Positions 27,914 through 37,759 of a stretch of 64,000 bases of DNA are shown here, in pieces. The notes under the pieces are model-generated. The model was given only the letters and a program-made list of their open reading frames with translations. It was not told the DNA's origin and did no database searches. The stretch comes from Anaerolineae bacterium (GTDB lineage: Bacteria > Chloroflexota > Anaerolineae > JAAEKA01). The translations under genes were made by a program, and so were the position numbers. Each line of letters opens with the position of its first letter. Within the stretch, counting starts at the first letter, position 1. The stretch lies in NCBI GenBank assembly GCA_049299095.1, contig JBAQWV010000041.1, forward strand, positions 64,278 through 128,277, given 5' to 3'.

Positions 27914-29164
27914 GTGCTGCCAGATCAACAGCGCGTGGTAGTGACCGGCATGGGTGTGATTTCGCCGGTGGGCAACGATCTTGCCAGCTTTTGGGCCAGC
28001 TTGCAGGCTGGCCGCAGCGGCATCGGCCTGCTTACCAGCCTGGATACGTCCCAACTGAAGACGCGCATCGGCGCGGAGGTCAAGGATTTCGACCCTACGG
28101 CTTACATGGAGCGCAAGGACGCGCGGCGGCTGGATCGTTACACGCATTTCGCGCTGGCCGCGGCCCAGCAAGCCGTGGCCGACGCCGGATTGGTGATGGC
28201 TGCTGAAGACCCGCGACGTGTGGGCGTGGTGGTTGGTTCGGGCATCGGCGGCATCCAAACCCTGTTGGAGCAATACGATGTGCTACAACAGCGCGGCCCG
28301 CGGCGGATTGGGCCGTTTACAATCCCCAGTATGTTGGTTAATTCGGCTGCTGGGCAGGTGGCGGTATGGCTGGGAGCGCGCGGCCCCAACCTGGCGCCGG
28401 TGCTAGCCTGTGCCACAGGTAACGCCTCGATTGGTGAAGCCTTCGTGCAGATTCGCCGCGGGCTGGCCGATGTGATGCTGGCCGGCAGCGCGGAAGCAGC
28501 TTTTTGCACGCTGGCTATTGCCGGTTTCGACGTAATGGGTGCGCTGTCGTCGCGCAACGATGATCCCGCGGCCGCGTGCCGTCCCTTCGACGCCGACCGC
28601 GATGGCTTTGTGATGGGTGAAGGCGCGGGGATGCTGGTGCTGGAAAGCCTCACCCACGCACAGGCGCGCGGCGCACAGATTTACGGCGAAGTCCTCGGCT
28701 ACGGCGTTACGGCAGACGCGTATCACCCCACTGCGCCGCGCGAGGATGGCCTGGGCGCGTCGGAAGCAATGCAGATGGCGTTGAACGAAGCTGGTTTATT
28801 ACCACAAGCCATAGATTATGTCAATGCACATGCCACCAGCACACTGCTGGGCGACATCGCGGAAACTGCGGCCATCAAGCGCGTCTTCAGCGACCACGCG
28901 CCCCGGCTGGCGATCAGCGCGATCAAGTCCATGACCGGTCACCTACTGGGCGCAGCGGGCGCGGTGGAAGCTATTGCCACCCTGAAAACGTTGCAAGAAG
29001 GCGTGATTCCTCCTACCATCAATTATCAAACCCCTGATCCACTGTGTGACCTGGACTATGTGCCGAATGTCGCGCGTCATGTGCCTGTACATGTTGCGCT
29101 GTCCAACTCGTTCGGCTTCGGCGGCCACAATGCCACCCTGATCATGCGGCGTTGGCCTGCCTAG
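27914..29164 (+). CDS. fabF: beta-ketoacyl-ACP synthase II
   Basis: VVVTGMGVISPVGN... active-site Cys/His/His regions; 416 aa. Confidence 0.85.
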   Translation: MLPDQQRVVVTGMGVISPVGNDLASFWASLQAGRSGIGLLTSLDTSQLKTRIGAEVKDFDPTAYMERKDARRLDRYTHFALAAAQQAVADAGLVMAAEDPRRVGVVVGSGIGGIQTLLEQYDVLQQRGPRRIGPFTIPSMLVNSAAGQVAVWLGARGPNLAPVLACATGNASIGEAFVQIRRGLADVMLAGSAEAAFCTLAIAGFDVMGALSSRNDDPAAACRPFDADRDGFVMGEGAGMLVLESLTHAQARGAQIYGEVLGYGVTADAYHPTAPREDGLGASEAMQMALNEAGLLPQAIDYVNAHATSTLLGDIAETAAIKRVFSDHAPRLAISAIKSMTGHLLGAAGAVEAIATLKTLQEGVIPPTINYQTPDPLCDLDYVPNVARHVPVHVALSNSFGFGGHNATLIMRRWPA

Positions 29165-29182
29165 CTTTCCGGTGAGTTTATC

Positions 29183-30433
29183 ATGAAAAACCCAAAGACA
29201 AGCGCGCCGGCTGTGCTGCGCGACCCGCGCCCGCGCTATGCGCAGATCGTAGGCTGGGGTATGGCGCTGCCCGAGCGCGTGCTGACCAACCACGAATTGG
29301 CGCAGCGCGTAGCGACCAGCGATGAATGGATCCGCACGCGTACCGGCATTCTAGAACGGCGTGTAGCGACCGCGCCGAAGGAATCGACCGTTTCGCTGGC
29401 GACGCAAGCCGCGCGCGAAGCGTTGAAAATCGCCAATGTCGCGCCCAGCGCGCTCGATTTGGTGATCTGCGCCACCTCGACGCCGGAATATCTGATCCCG
29501 CCGACGGCCTGCCTGGTGCAAGACACGCTGGGCGCGAGCAAGGCAGGCGCATACGATCTGGCTGCGGCGTGTTCTGGCTTCGTCTATGGCCTGTCTATGG
29601 CACGCGGGCTGGTGGTGGCGGGCGATGCGGACTATGTGCTGGTGATCGGCGCGGAGACGCTGACGCGCTTTGTGGACTGGAACGACCGCAACACTTGCAT
29701 TTTGTTCGGCGACGGCGCGGGCGCGGTGCTGGTGGCGGCCAGCCATGAGCCGGGGGGCATTTTGAGCTGTGTACTCGGCTCGGATGGCTCCGGTGGCGAC
29801 CTATTGATTGTGCCGGGCGGTGGCAGCGCCCATCCGCCCACACTGGAAACGGTGCAAAGTGGCCTGCACACGGTGCGCATGGACGGGCAGGCGGTGTTCC
29901 GTTTTGCGGTGCAGGCGATGGCCGACGGCACGCGAGAAGCCGCGGCGCGCGCCGGGCTGGAACTGGCCGAGGTGGATTTGGTAATTCCGCACCAAGCCAA
30001 CACGCGCATCATCCACTCTTCGGTGATCAAGCAGCTTAAAATCCCCGAACAAAAGGTTTTTATCAATCTGCAACGCTACGGCAACACCTCCGCGGCGTCA
30101 ATCCCCATCGCGTTGTGTGAAGCAATTGCCGCCGGGCGGGTGCGGCCCGGACATAATCTGGTGTTTGCCGGTTTTGGCGCTGGGTTGACCTGGGCGGCTA
30201 CGGCGATTCGCTGGTGTGCGCCAGTGAAGCGGCAGGTCACACCGTGGTGGCGGGATGCGCAGCGCGAGGCGGGCTACCAGTTGGCGTCGGCGCGCTCGAT
30301 TTGGCGACGGACAGCGCGACGCGCGTATAGCGCGGTGATGGGGCCAGCGGAAGCGCCGACAATGCGCGGGCGGCTGCGCGCCAGTATTGCTGCAGGACGG
30401 ACAGTGTGGGCCGCGCGTAAGCCGCGCAAGTGA
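29183..30433 (+). CDS. fabH: beta-ketoacyl-ACP synthase III with about 80-aa Arg-rich C-terminal extension
   Basis: CSGFVYGL (Cys), HQANTRII (His) and GNTSAASIP (Asn) FabH triad. The FabH fold normally ends near ...TWAATAIRW, but the ORF continues with a basic tail. Confidence 0.75.
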   Translation: MKNPKTSAPAVLRDPRPRYAQIVGWGMALPERVLTNHELAQRVATSDEWIRTRTGILERRVATAPKESTVSLATQAAREALKIANVAPSALDLVICATSTPEYLIPPTACLVQDTLGASKAGAYDLAAACSGFVYGLSMARGLVVAGDADYVLVIGAETLTRFVDWNDRNTCILFGDGAGAVLVAASHEPGGILSCVLGSDGSGGDLLIVPGGGSAHPPTLETVQSGLHTVRMDGQAVFRFAVQAMADGTREAAARAGLELAEVDLVIPHQANTRIIHSSVIKQLKIPEQKVFINLQRYGNTSAASIPIALCEAIAAGRVRPGHNLVFAGFGAGLTWAATAIRWCAPVKRQVTPWWRDAQREAGYQLASARSIWRRTARRAYSAVMGPAEAPTMRGRLRASIAAGRTVWAARKPRK

Positions 30434-30524
30434 GCGGGGAGTGCTGTTCAAAAATTTGACCGCCTGGGCACGACAGATCGCCAACGCCCAAGCGGCCAAA
30501 TTTGGAGGTAATGATTAACGCGGG

Positions 30525-32336
30525 TTACTTGTCCTTGCGCAGTTCACGCACATTCTCGCGCGTCATCACAATTACCAACGCGGCCACTCCGCCGATCAGC
30601 AGCCAGCGCCAGTATTCCTTGAACAAGACCGCGGCTGACAGCACAGCCAGCACAATGGTTGTGTTGAGCAGGTAGCGGGCCAGGCGGCTACGCAGCACTG
30701 CATCAATTGCACCAAAGATGAAGATGCTGATGACTACCCAGGCCAACCAGTGTGCGGGGCGCAGGGCCAACAGCAACACCAGCGAGAGCAGCACCAGGCC
30801 GCCGCTGAGCGCAGCCCACAGCTCGGCCAGGCGCGCTTGCGAGCCAGGCGGCGAGGTGGGGATGTCGGCATGGCGTACATGGGCCTGCGGATCGCCCCAG
30901 TCGCCGGCCAGCAGCCGGGCGAGTGTGCTCAAGCTGGCACGGCGGGTTTCTTCCACGCTGACGCGCCGCGCCTGCATGGCTTGCAATGAGGTTTGCTTGG
31001 CAAGCAGGTCTTCTTCCAGCGAGTTGTGCAGCGCCAGCAGGTGATCAGTGCGCTGTGTGGCGGATACTTCCAGCGCGAGGGTACGTAACTCTTCGCGCGC
31101 GACGTCAATATCCTGCCGCAGCTTTTCCTCTTCATCGCCCAACTGGGTAATGTTCTGGCGTAAGCGGCTGATTGTTTCGTTGGGGGGAACGACCTTGTCC
31201 AGCCCGGCCCAGCCGAGCGGGTCGTACCACGATTGACGCACTGTACCGTTGCGATTGTATTTCGGGCCGGACGGCGCACGTTCGCCGCCGAGCAGGTCTT
31301 TGGTATCCAGTCCCCACAGGCCGCGATAGCCATCTACCCAAATATCCTGATCGCTGATTATAATGGGCGTCCAAGTTTCGGTTTGATCCGGGCCGATAGA
31401 AACGCCGTCGCCGCGTGCATAATCTACAAACGGCACGCCAATCGCATCAAAAGTACGCGGCGTGTCTTCATCCAGTCCCTGTTGCAAAGTGCGTATCCAG
31501 AAGCGTTGGGCGGTTTCGAGAACTTGCCGCACTTTGCGCAGCGCGGCTGGCTCGGCCTTCATCAAATATTCACCAGGCAGGAAGTAGCTGGCATGGGAAC
31601 CGGCTCCGGCAAACACCACGGGATGATCGTTGTGTTTGTGAAGCATTGGGTCGTCCCAGCGGCGCCGCAGATCGTCGCCGCGAAAATCGTGAGAGGCAAA
31701 GGCGACCCACTGTGGACGTAAAACTTCGTTTTGATCAGGTGCGAGATAAATAAAGATCTGCTCCCAGTCAGCTTCATGATCGTTGACGCCGTAAAAATCT
31801 GAACGCCAATCGTTCATGGGGAAAAAGAACAGGTATTGCAGCACGGTATAGCCACCGTCGCGGATCACGCGGCCATAATAAATGCGCCGCGGATCCTCCG
31901 CTCGCATGGCGGTGTAGGCTTCTTCGGCGGCGGCGGCGGTGCCGCCGGGGACTTTACCGCGCAACAACAAGGAAATATTAAAGAAAGCGTCTATGACGCG
32001 CGACAAAATCCCGACGCGCGCCAATCGTCCGGGTGCGAGAAAGATCGGTCGGTTTGGCCGTCGCGACCAGCGTTGATATTCGACGGCATTGAGCGGCTTT
32101 TTGACGAACCGCAGGTACAGGGTGCTGTCGGGATGAGCAGACTGGTGGGCAGCCAGTGCCTTGGGCGTTAATTCGCCGGGCCTGGCCAAGCACCGATCTT
32201 CCTTGTTATGTTCATACAGCCACAAGCTGCTGGCACGCACATAGCCATCTACCGCACAAGGGAAGAACAATTCGCCTTTGGTATAGCGCACTACCGGCTC
32301 GTAGGTCCGCAGCAATTCCAGATCAGTGGGCAGCAT
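30525..32336 (-). CDS. large hypothetical protein with coiled-coil and C-terminal TM helices
   Basis: ORF 30525..32387; the start was moved to the internal Met (MLPTDLELL...) to limit overlap with the upstream gene. No family assigned. Confidence 0.4.
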   Translation of the reverse strand: MLPTDLELLRTYEPVVRYTKGELFFPCAVDGYVRASSLWLYEHNKEDRCLARPGELTPKALAAHQSAHPDSTLYLRFVKKPLNAVEYQRWSRRPNRPIFLAPGRLARVGILSRVIDAFFNISLLLRGKVPGGTAAAAEEAYTAMRAEDPRRIYYGRVIRDGGYTVLQYLFFFPMNDWRSDFYGVNDHEADWEQIFIYLAPDQNEVLRPQWVAFASHDFRGDDLRRRWDDPMLHKHNDHPVVFAGAGSHASYFLPGEYLMKAEPAALRKVRQVLETAQRFWIRTLQQGLDEDTPRTFDAIGVPFVDYARGDGVSIGPDQTETWTPIIISDQDIWVDGYRGLWGLDTKDLLGGERAPSGPKYNRNGTVRQSWYDPLGWAGLDKVVPPNETISRLRQNITQLGDEEEKLRQDIDVAREELRTLALEVSATQRTDHLLALHNSLEEDLLAKQTSLQAMQARRVSVEETRRASLSTLARLLAGDWGDPQAHVRHADIPTSPPGSQARLAELWAALSGGLVLLSLVLLLALRPAHWLAWVVISIFIFGAIDAVLRSRLARYLLNTTIVLAVLSAAVLFKEYWRWLLIGGVAALVIVMTRENVRELRKDK

Positions 32337-32850
32337 AAGCGGCCTCCGTATGGGTTGCTTTAGGGGTGACGAACTGTTGTTGCACATCGCGCTGGTTTAG
32401 GTAGAAGACAATAGCAATGCTGATCGCGAGGGTAATTGAAACTTCAGCTTTATTGACATAGTTCCAAAGGTCGGTTGCCATGGACAGACCGGTCAACAAC
32501 ATAGTAGCCAGCCAGGCCCATTGACGGCGATACCACAGTCCGATGGCCGCGACCAACTGAATAATCGCGCGTATGATATCCCAGCTTAAGCTGCCATACA
32601 TGTTCAATCGTTCTGTTTCGTTGGTAAAAAGCGTTGGGGCGTTGCGCCAAAGCAAATAGGCCAGCCCGAGTGTGATAACTGCTGCCAGCGCTTCCAACAC
32701 AATGATGGCATACAGACCAAAGGGACGGCGATGCGGTTTGATTGGCTGAGACAAGTCAATATCCGGTGGATCGGGGACGTTGGCCGGAATGACCACAGAT
32801 GGTTGGGGCATAAAACCTCCTTCTGAAAAGAATTGCTGATTGTATCTCAA
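32323..32850 (-). CDS. hypothetical membrane protein (4 TM)
   Basis: Hydrophobic profile only. Confidence 0.35.
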   Translation of the reverse strand: MRYNQQFFSEGGFMPQPSVVIPANVPDPPDIDLSQPIKPHRRPFGLYAIIVLEALAAVITLGLAYLLWRNAPTLFTNETERLNMYGSLSWDIIRAIIQLVAAIGLWYRRQWAWLATMLLTGLSMATDLWNYVNKAEVSITLAISIAIVFYLNQRDVQQQFVTPKATHTEAAYAAH

Positions 32851-32874
32851 AAAAGCTGTTCACTGGAATGCTTG

Positions 32875-33753
32875 CTAGAATATCGGGCCGTAGTGGCCTT
32901 CACCATATTGCTCGAATTTAGCGAGTGCCAGATAGCGTATCGTCAGGGCAGATTGGTCAGCGATGCTGTTGGCAACTCGCACCAAAAATGAACCTCCTTC
33001 TTGTTCACATTGGATGTGGAATGCGTTCCAATCCATTTGATCAGCCACTGCCTTTTTGTTGTCGCACACAATAGCGGTGCGCCAGCCTTGCGGGTAAAGC
33101 GCCACACCCAGGCGGTCTACGGAATAGTTTTCCGCGCGCTGTAAAAAGCGGCCCGGCACCCGCATCAAGTCAGGCAGTACCGTAATTATGGAACGCCAGC
33201 CCTTGGTATGCCCAAGGAAATCGGGAGCAAGAATACGTACTAATGCAAAATCCACCACCGCAGGGTCTTCTGTGGTCAGCTTTACCAGGCCAGAGGGCAA
33301 AATGGTAAATTCCCCCTGCGCATCCTGCCGCGTCTTTTCATCGAGCGCGGCATCACTGCTGGCAACATAGAGCTGCGGTGGCTCGGCGATTCCCAGTTGC
33401 CGGGCAATTGCCTGGTAACGTTTGAACAAGGCGGGGAACTGCGTATCACTGGCGCATACCGCATTGCTGCGAATGTGAGCCGCCTTCAACCGCCTGTACC
33501 ATCTATACCCAACTAATAAAAGCGGTGACGCCACAAAGGCCAGCTCAAATAAAAGCATGTAAGCCTTGTCTTCGGCGCTAAATCCGAAAAAATCAGGATA
33601 AAGAATGTTTATCGTGATTAAGCCCAAGTACAATGCTGCTGCCAGGAACGTAATCAGACCGCACAGCCACAAGAGCGGCGCTTCCGCGCGGTGACGGGCT
33701 TTTCGGCGCAAGGCCGCGAGAGATTGATCTGACATAAGTCCTATCCTTCGCAT
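32875..33753 (-). CDS. hypothetical membrane-anchored protein
   Basis: N-terminal TM segments; no recognisable motif. Confidence 0.35.
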   Translation of the reverse strand: MRRIGLMSDQSLAALRRKARHRAEAPLLWLCGLITFLAAALYLGLITINILYPDFFGFSAEDKAYMLLFELAFVASPLLLVGYRWYRRLKAAHIRSNAVCASDTQFPALFKRYQAIARQLGIAEPPQLYVASSDAALDEKTRQDAQGEFTILPSGLVKLTTEDPAVVDFALVRILAPDFLGHTKGWRSIITVLPDLMRVPGRFLQRAENYSVDRLGVALYPQGWRTAIVCDNKKAVADQMDWNAFHIQCEQEGGSFLVRVANSIADQSALTIRYLALAKFEQYGEGHYGPIF

Positions 33754-33851
33754 ACATCTGAGAACCAGACAGCACGATCTTGCCCCTTGGCTGCAAGGCC
33801 AATAGCCAAATTGACAACAAAGAACTGGCTAAAGCCCCACCCAGTCCTACT

Positions 33852-34742
33852 TTATGCCAGTGCGGCTTCGCCGAGCGCCATCGCGCCCAGCACGCCCGCC
33901 ATGTTGCCCAAACCCGGCGGCACGATGTACTGGTTTATCTGCTCCAGGATCGCAGGCGCTTGCACGTAGCCGTTGAGCAGTTCCAGCACCTCGCGTCGCA
34001 CATCCGCGAACATGTGCGGGCTGCTCATCACGCCACCGCCCAAAATAATGCGCTGCGGCGAGACGGTGAGAACGAGGTTGGCCAGGCCCAGCGCCAGATA
34101 GTGCGCCTCCAGCTTCCACGCCGGATGATCGGCGGGCAGAGTTTCGGCGCGCTGCCCCCAGCGGTCGTTCATCGCAGGCCCGGCGGCCATGCCCTCCCAG
34201 CAATCACCGTGGAAGGGACAGCGACCGGGGAAAGGATCGGCTTGCCAGTCGTGCGGGATGCGGATATGGCCGATCTCAGGATGCACGAGGCCGTGCATCA
34301 GCTTGCCGCCCACCATGCCACCGCCACCGATGCCGGTGCCGATGGTCAAATATAAAAAGGTGTCCAGCCCCTGCGCTGCGCCCCAGCGATATTCGCCCAG
34401 CGCCGCGCCGTTCACATCGGTGTCGAAGCCAATCGGCACGCCCAGCGCGCGCCGCACCTCGCCCGCCAGGTCCACATTGGCCCAGTACGGCTTTGGTGTA
34501 CTGGTGATGTAGCCAAAGGTTGGCGACGCGGGATCGGGGTCCACCGGACCGAACGCAGCAATCCCGATGGCCGCCAGGTCTACTTGTTGAGCCTGTTCGC
34601 GGAAAAAGGCAATAGCTTGAGCCATCGTTTCTTCGGGGCGGGTCGTGGGGAAACGTACTTCTGCGCGCACATCGTTTGGGCCAGAGCCAACCGCGCAGAC
34701 AAATTTGGTGCCGCCTGCTTCAATGCCACCAAGGTAGCGCAT
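33852..34742 (-). CDS. ROK-family sugar kinase (fructokinase/Mak-like)
   Basis: [14 protein letters not shown]... and zinc motif [11 protein letters not shown]; start chosen at the internal Met of ORF 33852..34850. Confidence 0.75.
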   Translation of the reverse strand: MRYLGGIEAGGTKFVCAVGSGPNDVRAEVRFPTTRPEETMAQAIAFFREQAQQVDLAAIGIAAFGPVDPDPASPTFGYITSTPKPYWANVDLAGEVRRALGVPIGFDTDVNGAALGEYRWGAAQGLDTFLYLTIGTGIGGGGMVGGKLMHGLVHPEIGHIRIPHDWQADPFPGRCPFHGDCWEGMAAGPAMNDRWGQRAETLPADHPAWKLEAHYLALGLANLVLTVSPQRIILGGGVMSSPHMFADVRREVLELLNGYVQAPAILEQINQYIVPPGLGNMAGVLGAMALGEAALA

Positions 34743-34965
34743 AGAACCTCCAAAGCGGGATGAGGTGAGGATGGAAGAGTTTGCCAGCAACGAATTGCTG
34801 CTTGCTATTGTGCCCGAATTCGTCGCTTTCGGCAAGGTATGCAACGGCAAAAAATGCGGCTTGCGGTGAAATTGGTTTTACAGTTGGCAAAATCGTTGTA
34901 TAATCCCGCCGGAAAATCGCTGCCTGGCAGCCTGATCTTATCCTGTTCTTCCCAAATGACACACA

Positions 34966-36795
34966 ATGACTTTATCCTTGAAACACGCTCCCCCCTCGCC
35001 ACAAACGACACCCCTGGCTGACGACACGCCCTCGGCCCAGCGGCATATCCATGCTGCGCCGCCGCGCCATACCGTTCAGGTGCGTTTCCCAGATGGCAAC
35101 ATCCTGGAAGGCCCGCCCGGCACGACGCTGGAAGCCTTCGCGCAGGTCGCTGAAGTCAACGGCCAGCAGGCAAGTGATCCAATCGTAGCCGCGCTGGTCG
35201 AAGGCGAGCTGGCTGGGCTGGACCTACCAATCGGCCGCGATGCCGAGGTCACCTGGCTGCACATGAGTTCCGATGACGGGATGCGCATCTATCGGCGTTC
35301 GCTGACCTTCTTGCTGGTGGCTGTGGTGCATGAACTGTTCCCCGGCGCGCGGCTGCACATTGATTATTCCATGACCTTTGGCGGGCTGTTCTGTCACGTC
35401 GCCGCCCGCGCGCCCTTCACGCCGGAAGAGTTGCAAACCATCGAGGCGCGGATGCGCGAAAAGGTGGCAGCCAACCTACCGCTTCAGCGTTTTGATATTC
35501 CCATTCAGGAGGCCATCGCCGAATTCCGCGGCTATCATGACGAGGAAAAGGTCAGCCTGCTCACCACTGCCGTAGCCAGTGGCAAGCGCGAGATCTCGAT
35601 TCACCAATTGGAGAAATACCGCAACCACTTTCACGGCTACATGACCCCGCGCACCGGCTATCTGCGCTGGTTCGATCTGGTTTATTACCCGCCGGGCTTT
35701 GTGCTGCATTATCCGCGGCGACAGGAACCGACGCAGCTCAGCGCATTTCGCGATGTACCGCGGCTGGGCCAGGTCTTTCAAGAATACCGTGACTGGTTGC
35801 AGCGCATCGGTGTGGACAATCTGCCTGCGCTCAATCGCACCATCGAGGATGGCCGCATCCGCGAAGTAGTGCTGGTGGCCGAGGCGCTGCACGAACAGCG
35901 CATCGCCGCGATGGCGGGCACGGTTGCGCAGCAACACGGCGATATTGGCATGGTGCTGATCGCCGGGCCATCTTCTTCCGGCAAAACCACCTTTGCGCGG
36001 CGGCTGGCCGTGCAGTTAATGGCGTATGGTTTGCAACCGGTGGCACTGGGGCTGGATAACTGGTTCGTCAACCGCGACCAAACCCCGCTCGACGCCGAGG
36101 GCAAGCACGATTTCGAATCGCTGCAAGCGATTGACGTCACCCTGTTCAACCAGCAACTCAATCAACTGCTGGCAGGCGAAACGGTCACGCTGCCTTCGTA
36201 CAACTTCCTGACCGGCAAGCGTGAGGCTGGCGAAACCCTGCGCATTACGCCCAACCATGTGATTTTGGTCGAGGGAATTCATGGTCTTAACCCGCAACTG
36301 GTCTCCGACGTGCCGGGCAACCGCATTTACCGCATCTACATCTCCGCGCTGACGCAGCTCAACCTGGACCGGCACAACCGGGTTTCGACCACCGACACGC
36401 GCCTGATCCGGCGCATCGTACGCGATGCGGCCCACCGCGGCTACAGCGCAGCGGACACCATCGGACGCTGGCCCAGCGTGCAGCGCGGCGAGTGGCGTTG
36501 GATTTTCCCCTTTCAGGAACACGCGGATGTGATGTTCAATTCGGCGTTGGCCTATGAGCTGGCAATGCTGCGCCCGCTGGCCGAGCCGTTGCTGCTGCGC
36601 GTCAGCACGAACACGCCGGAGCGCGTCGAGGCAGACCGCCTGCTGAGCTTGCTACGCTGGTTCCAGCCTGCGTCGAGCGATCTGGTGCCAGATAATTCGA
36701 TTTTACGGGAGTTCCTCGGCGGCTCCATTCTGGAAGATTTCATGCCCTGGAAGCAGCGGGTAGGGAAGGAACCTGTGCAGGCTGGGCAGCGTTAA
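34966..36795 (+). CDS. uridine/nucleoside kinase-family P-loop protein with ThrRS-N/TGS-like N-terminal region
   Basis: Walker A GPSSSGKTTFARRL in the C-terminal half; N-terminal about 300 aa resemble the ThrRS N-terminal domain fusions described for this family. Confidence 0.6.
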   Translation: MTLSLKHAPPSPQTTPLADDTPSAQRHIHAAPPRHTVQVRFPDGNILEGPPGTTLEAFAQVAEVNGQQASDPIVAALVEGELAGLDLPIGRDAEVTWLHMSSDDGMRIYRRSLTFLLVAVVHELFPGARLHIDYSMTFGGLFCHVAARAPFTPEELQTIEARMREKVAANLPLQRFDIPIQEAIAEFRGYHDEEKVSLLTTAVASGKREISIHQLEKYRNHFHGYMTPRTGYLRWFDLVYYPPGFVLHYPRRQEPTQLSAFRDVPRLGQVFQEYRDWLQRIGVDNLPALNRTIEDGRIREVVLVAEALHEQRIAAMAGTVAQQHGDIGMVLIAGPSSSGKTTFARRLAVQLMAYGLQPVALGLDNWFVNRDQTPLDAEGKHDFESLQAIDVTLFNQQLNQLLAGETVTLPSYNFLTGKREAGETLRITPNHVILVEGIHGLNPQLVSDVPGNRIYRIYISALTQLNLDRHNRVSTTDTRLIRRIVRDAAHRGYSAADTIGRWPSVQRGEWRWIFPFQEHADVMFNSALAYELAMLRPLAEPLLLRVSTNTPERVEADRLLSLLRWFQPASSDLVPDNSILREFLGGSILEDFMPWKQRVGKEPVQAGQR

Positions 36796-36998
36796 AGCAA
36801 ATAGCCTGTATTCGCCGCGGCCTCTTCACCACGCCGGTGACATGTGGTCGCGCACGCAAGGCGGGCAAACTGCCCGCAGTCTTGCTATTTCCGCCACGTT
36901 GGGCTACAATCACACTCCGGCCAGGTCAAAGCATCTGGCAATTGGCTTGTGCGGTGCTGTCAAAGCTGAAACCGCGCAGCCGAAGGGTAGGCAATCCT

Positions 36999-37733
36999 GT
37001 GAAACAGAAACAAACCTCATTCCGGTTAATTGTCAGTATGTTAGTGTTCATGGCTTTGTTGGCGGCCTGCAAAACCCCGACACCCATCGGCCCGCGGCCA
37101 GCAGGCACCCAAACGGTCGCACCGCCAACCACACTGCCCGCACCCGGCTCGACCCAGGCCGCCCCCGCGGCTACAGTCGCGAGTGCGGCACAGCCGACCG
37201 CGGCAGTCGCCACAGCCACCCAGCCCCCCGCCGACACCGCAGTAGCTAACCCAACTGCCACGCCCGTCGCTGGTCAGCCCAATCATCTGGTCATCCCCAA
37301 GCTCGGACTGGATACAGCGATTGTAGATGTCGGTTGGGAAGTGGTGGAACGCGACGGCCAGCGCGTGACTGAATGGCAGACTGCCGATAACGCGGCTGGT
37401 CGTCACCTTAACAGCGCGCGGCCCGGCGAAAAGGGCAACGTTGTGCTGTCCGGCCATCACAACACCAAAGGCGAGGTCTTTCGCTCCATCAGCGAAGGCG
37501 GTTTAGCTGTGGGCGACATGCTCTATCTTTTCGATGCCACAGGCCGCCGTTATAGCTACCAGGTGAGCGAAGTGACGGAACCGCTGCTGGAAGTAGGGGC
37601 TACCGAAGCACAGCGCCTCGCCAATGCCAGTTACATCCAACCAACGCAGGATGCACGCGTCACGTTGGTCACCTGCTGGCCCTATATTAGCAATACGCAT
37701 CGTGTGATTGTTGTCGCCAAACTGGTTCAGTAA
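36999..37733 (+). CDS. sortase (class E-like transpeptidase)
   Basis: N-terminal TM, Pro/Thr/Ala linker, catalytic His (VLSGHHN) and TLxTC Cys (RVTLVTCWPY); GTG start in frame of ORF 36837..37733. Confidence 0.8.
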   Translation: MKQKQTSFRLIVSMLVFMALLAACKTPTPIGPRPAGTQTVAPPTTLPAPGSTQAAPAATVASAAQPTAAVATATQPPADTAVANPTATPVAGQPNHLVIPKLGLDTAIVDVGWEVVERDGQRVTEWQTADNAAGRHLNSARPGEKGNVVLSGHHNTKGEVFRSISEGGLAVGDMLYLFDATGRRYSYQVSEVTEPLLEVGATEAQRLANASYIQPTQDARVTLVTCWPYISNTHRVIVVAKLVQ

Positions 37734-37759
37734 GACCGTTGACTTTGGAAGGCAGGACT

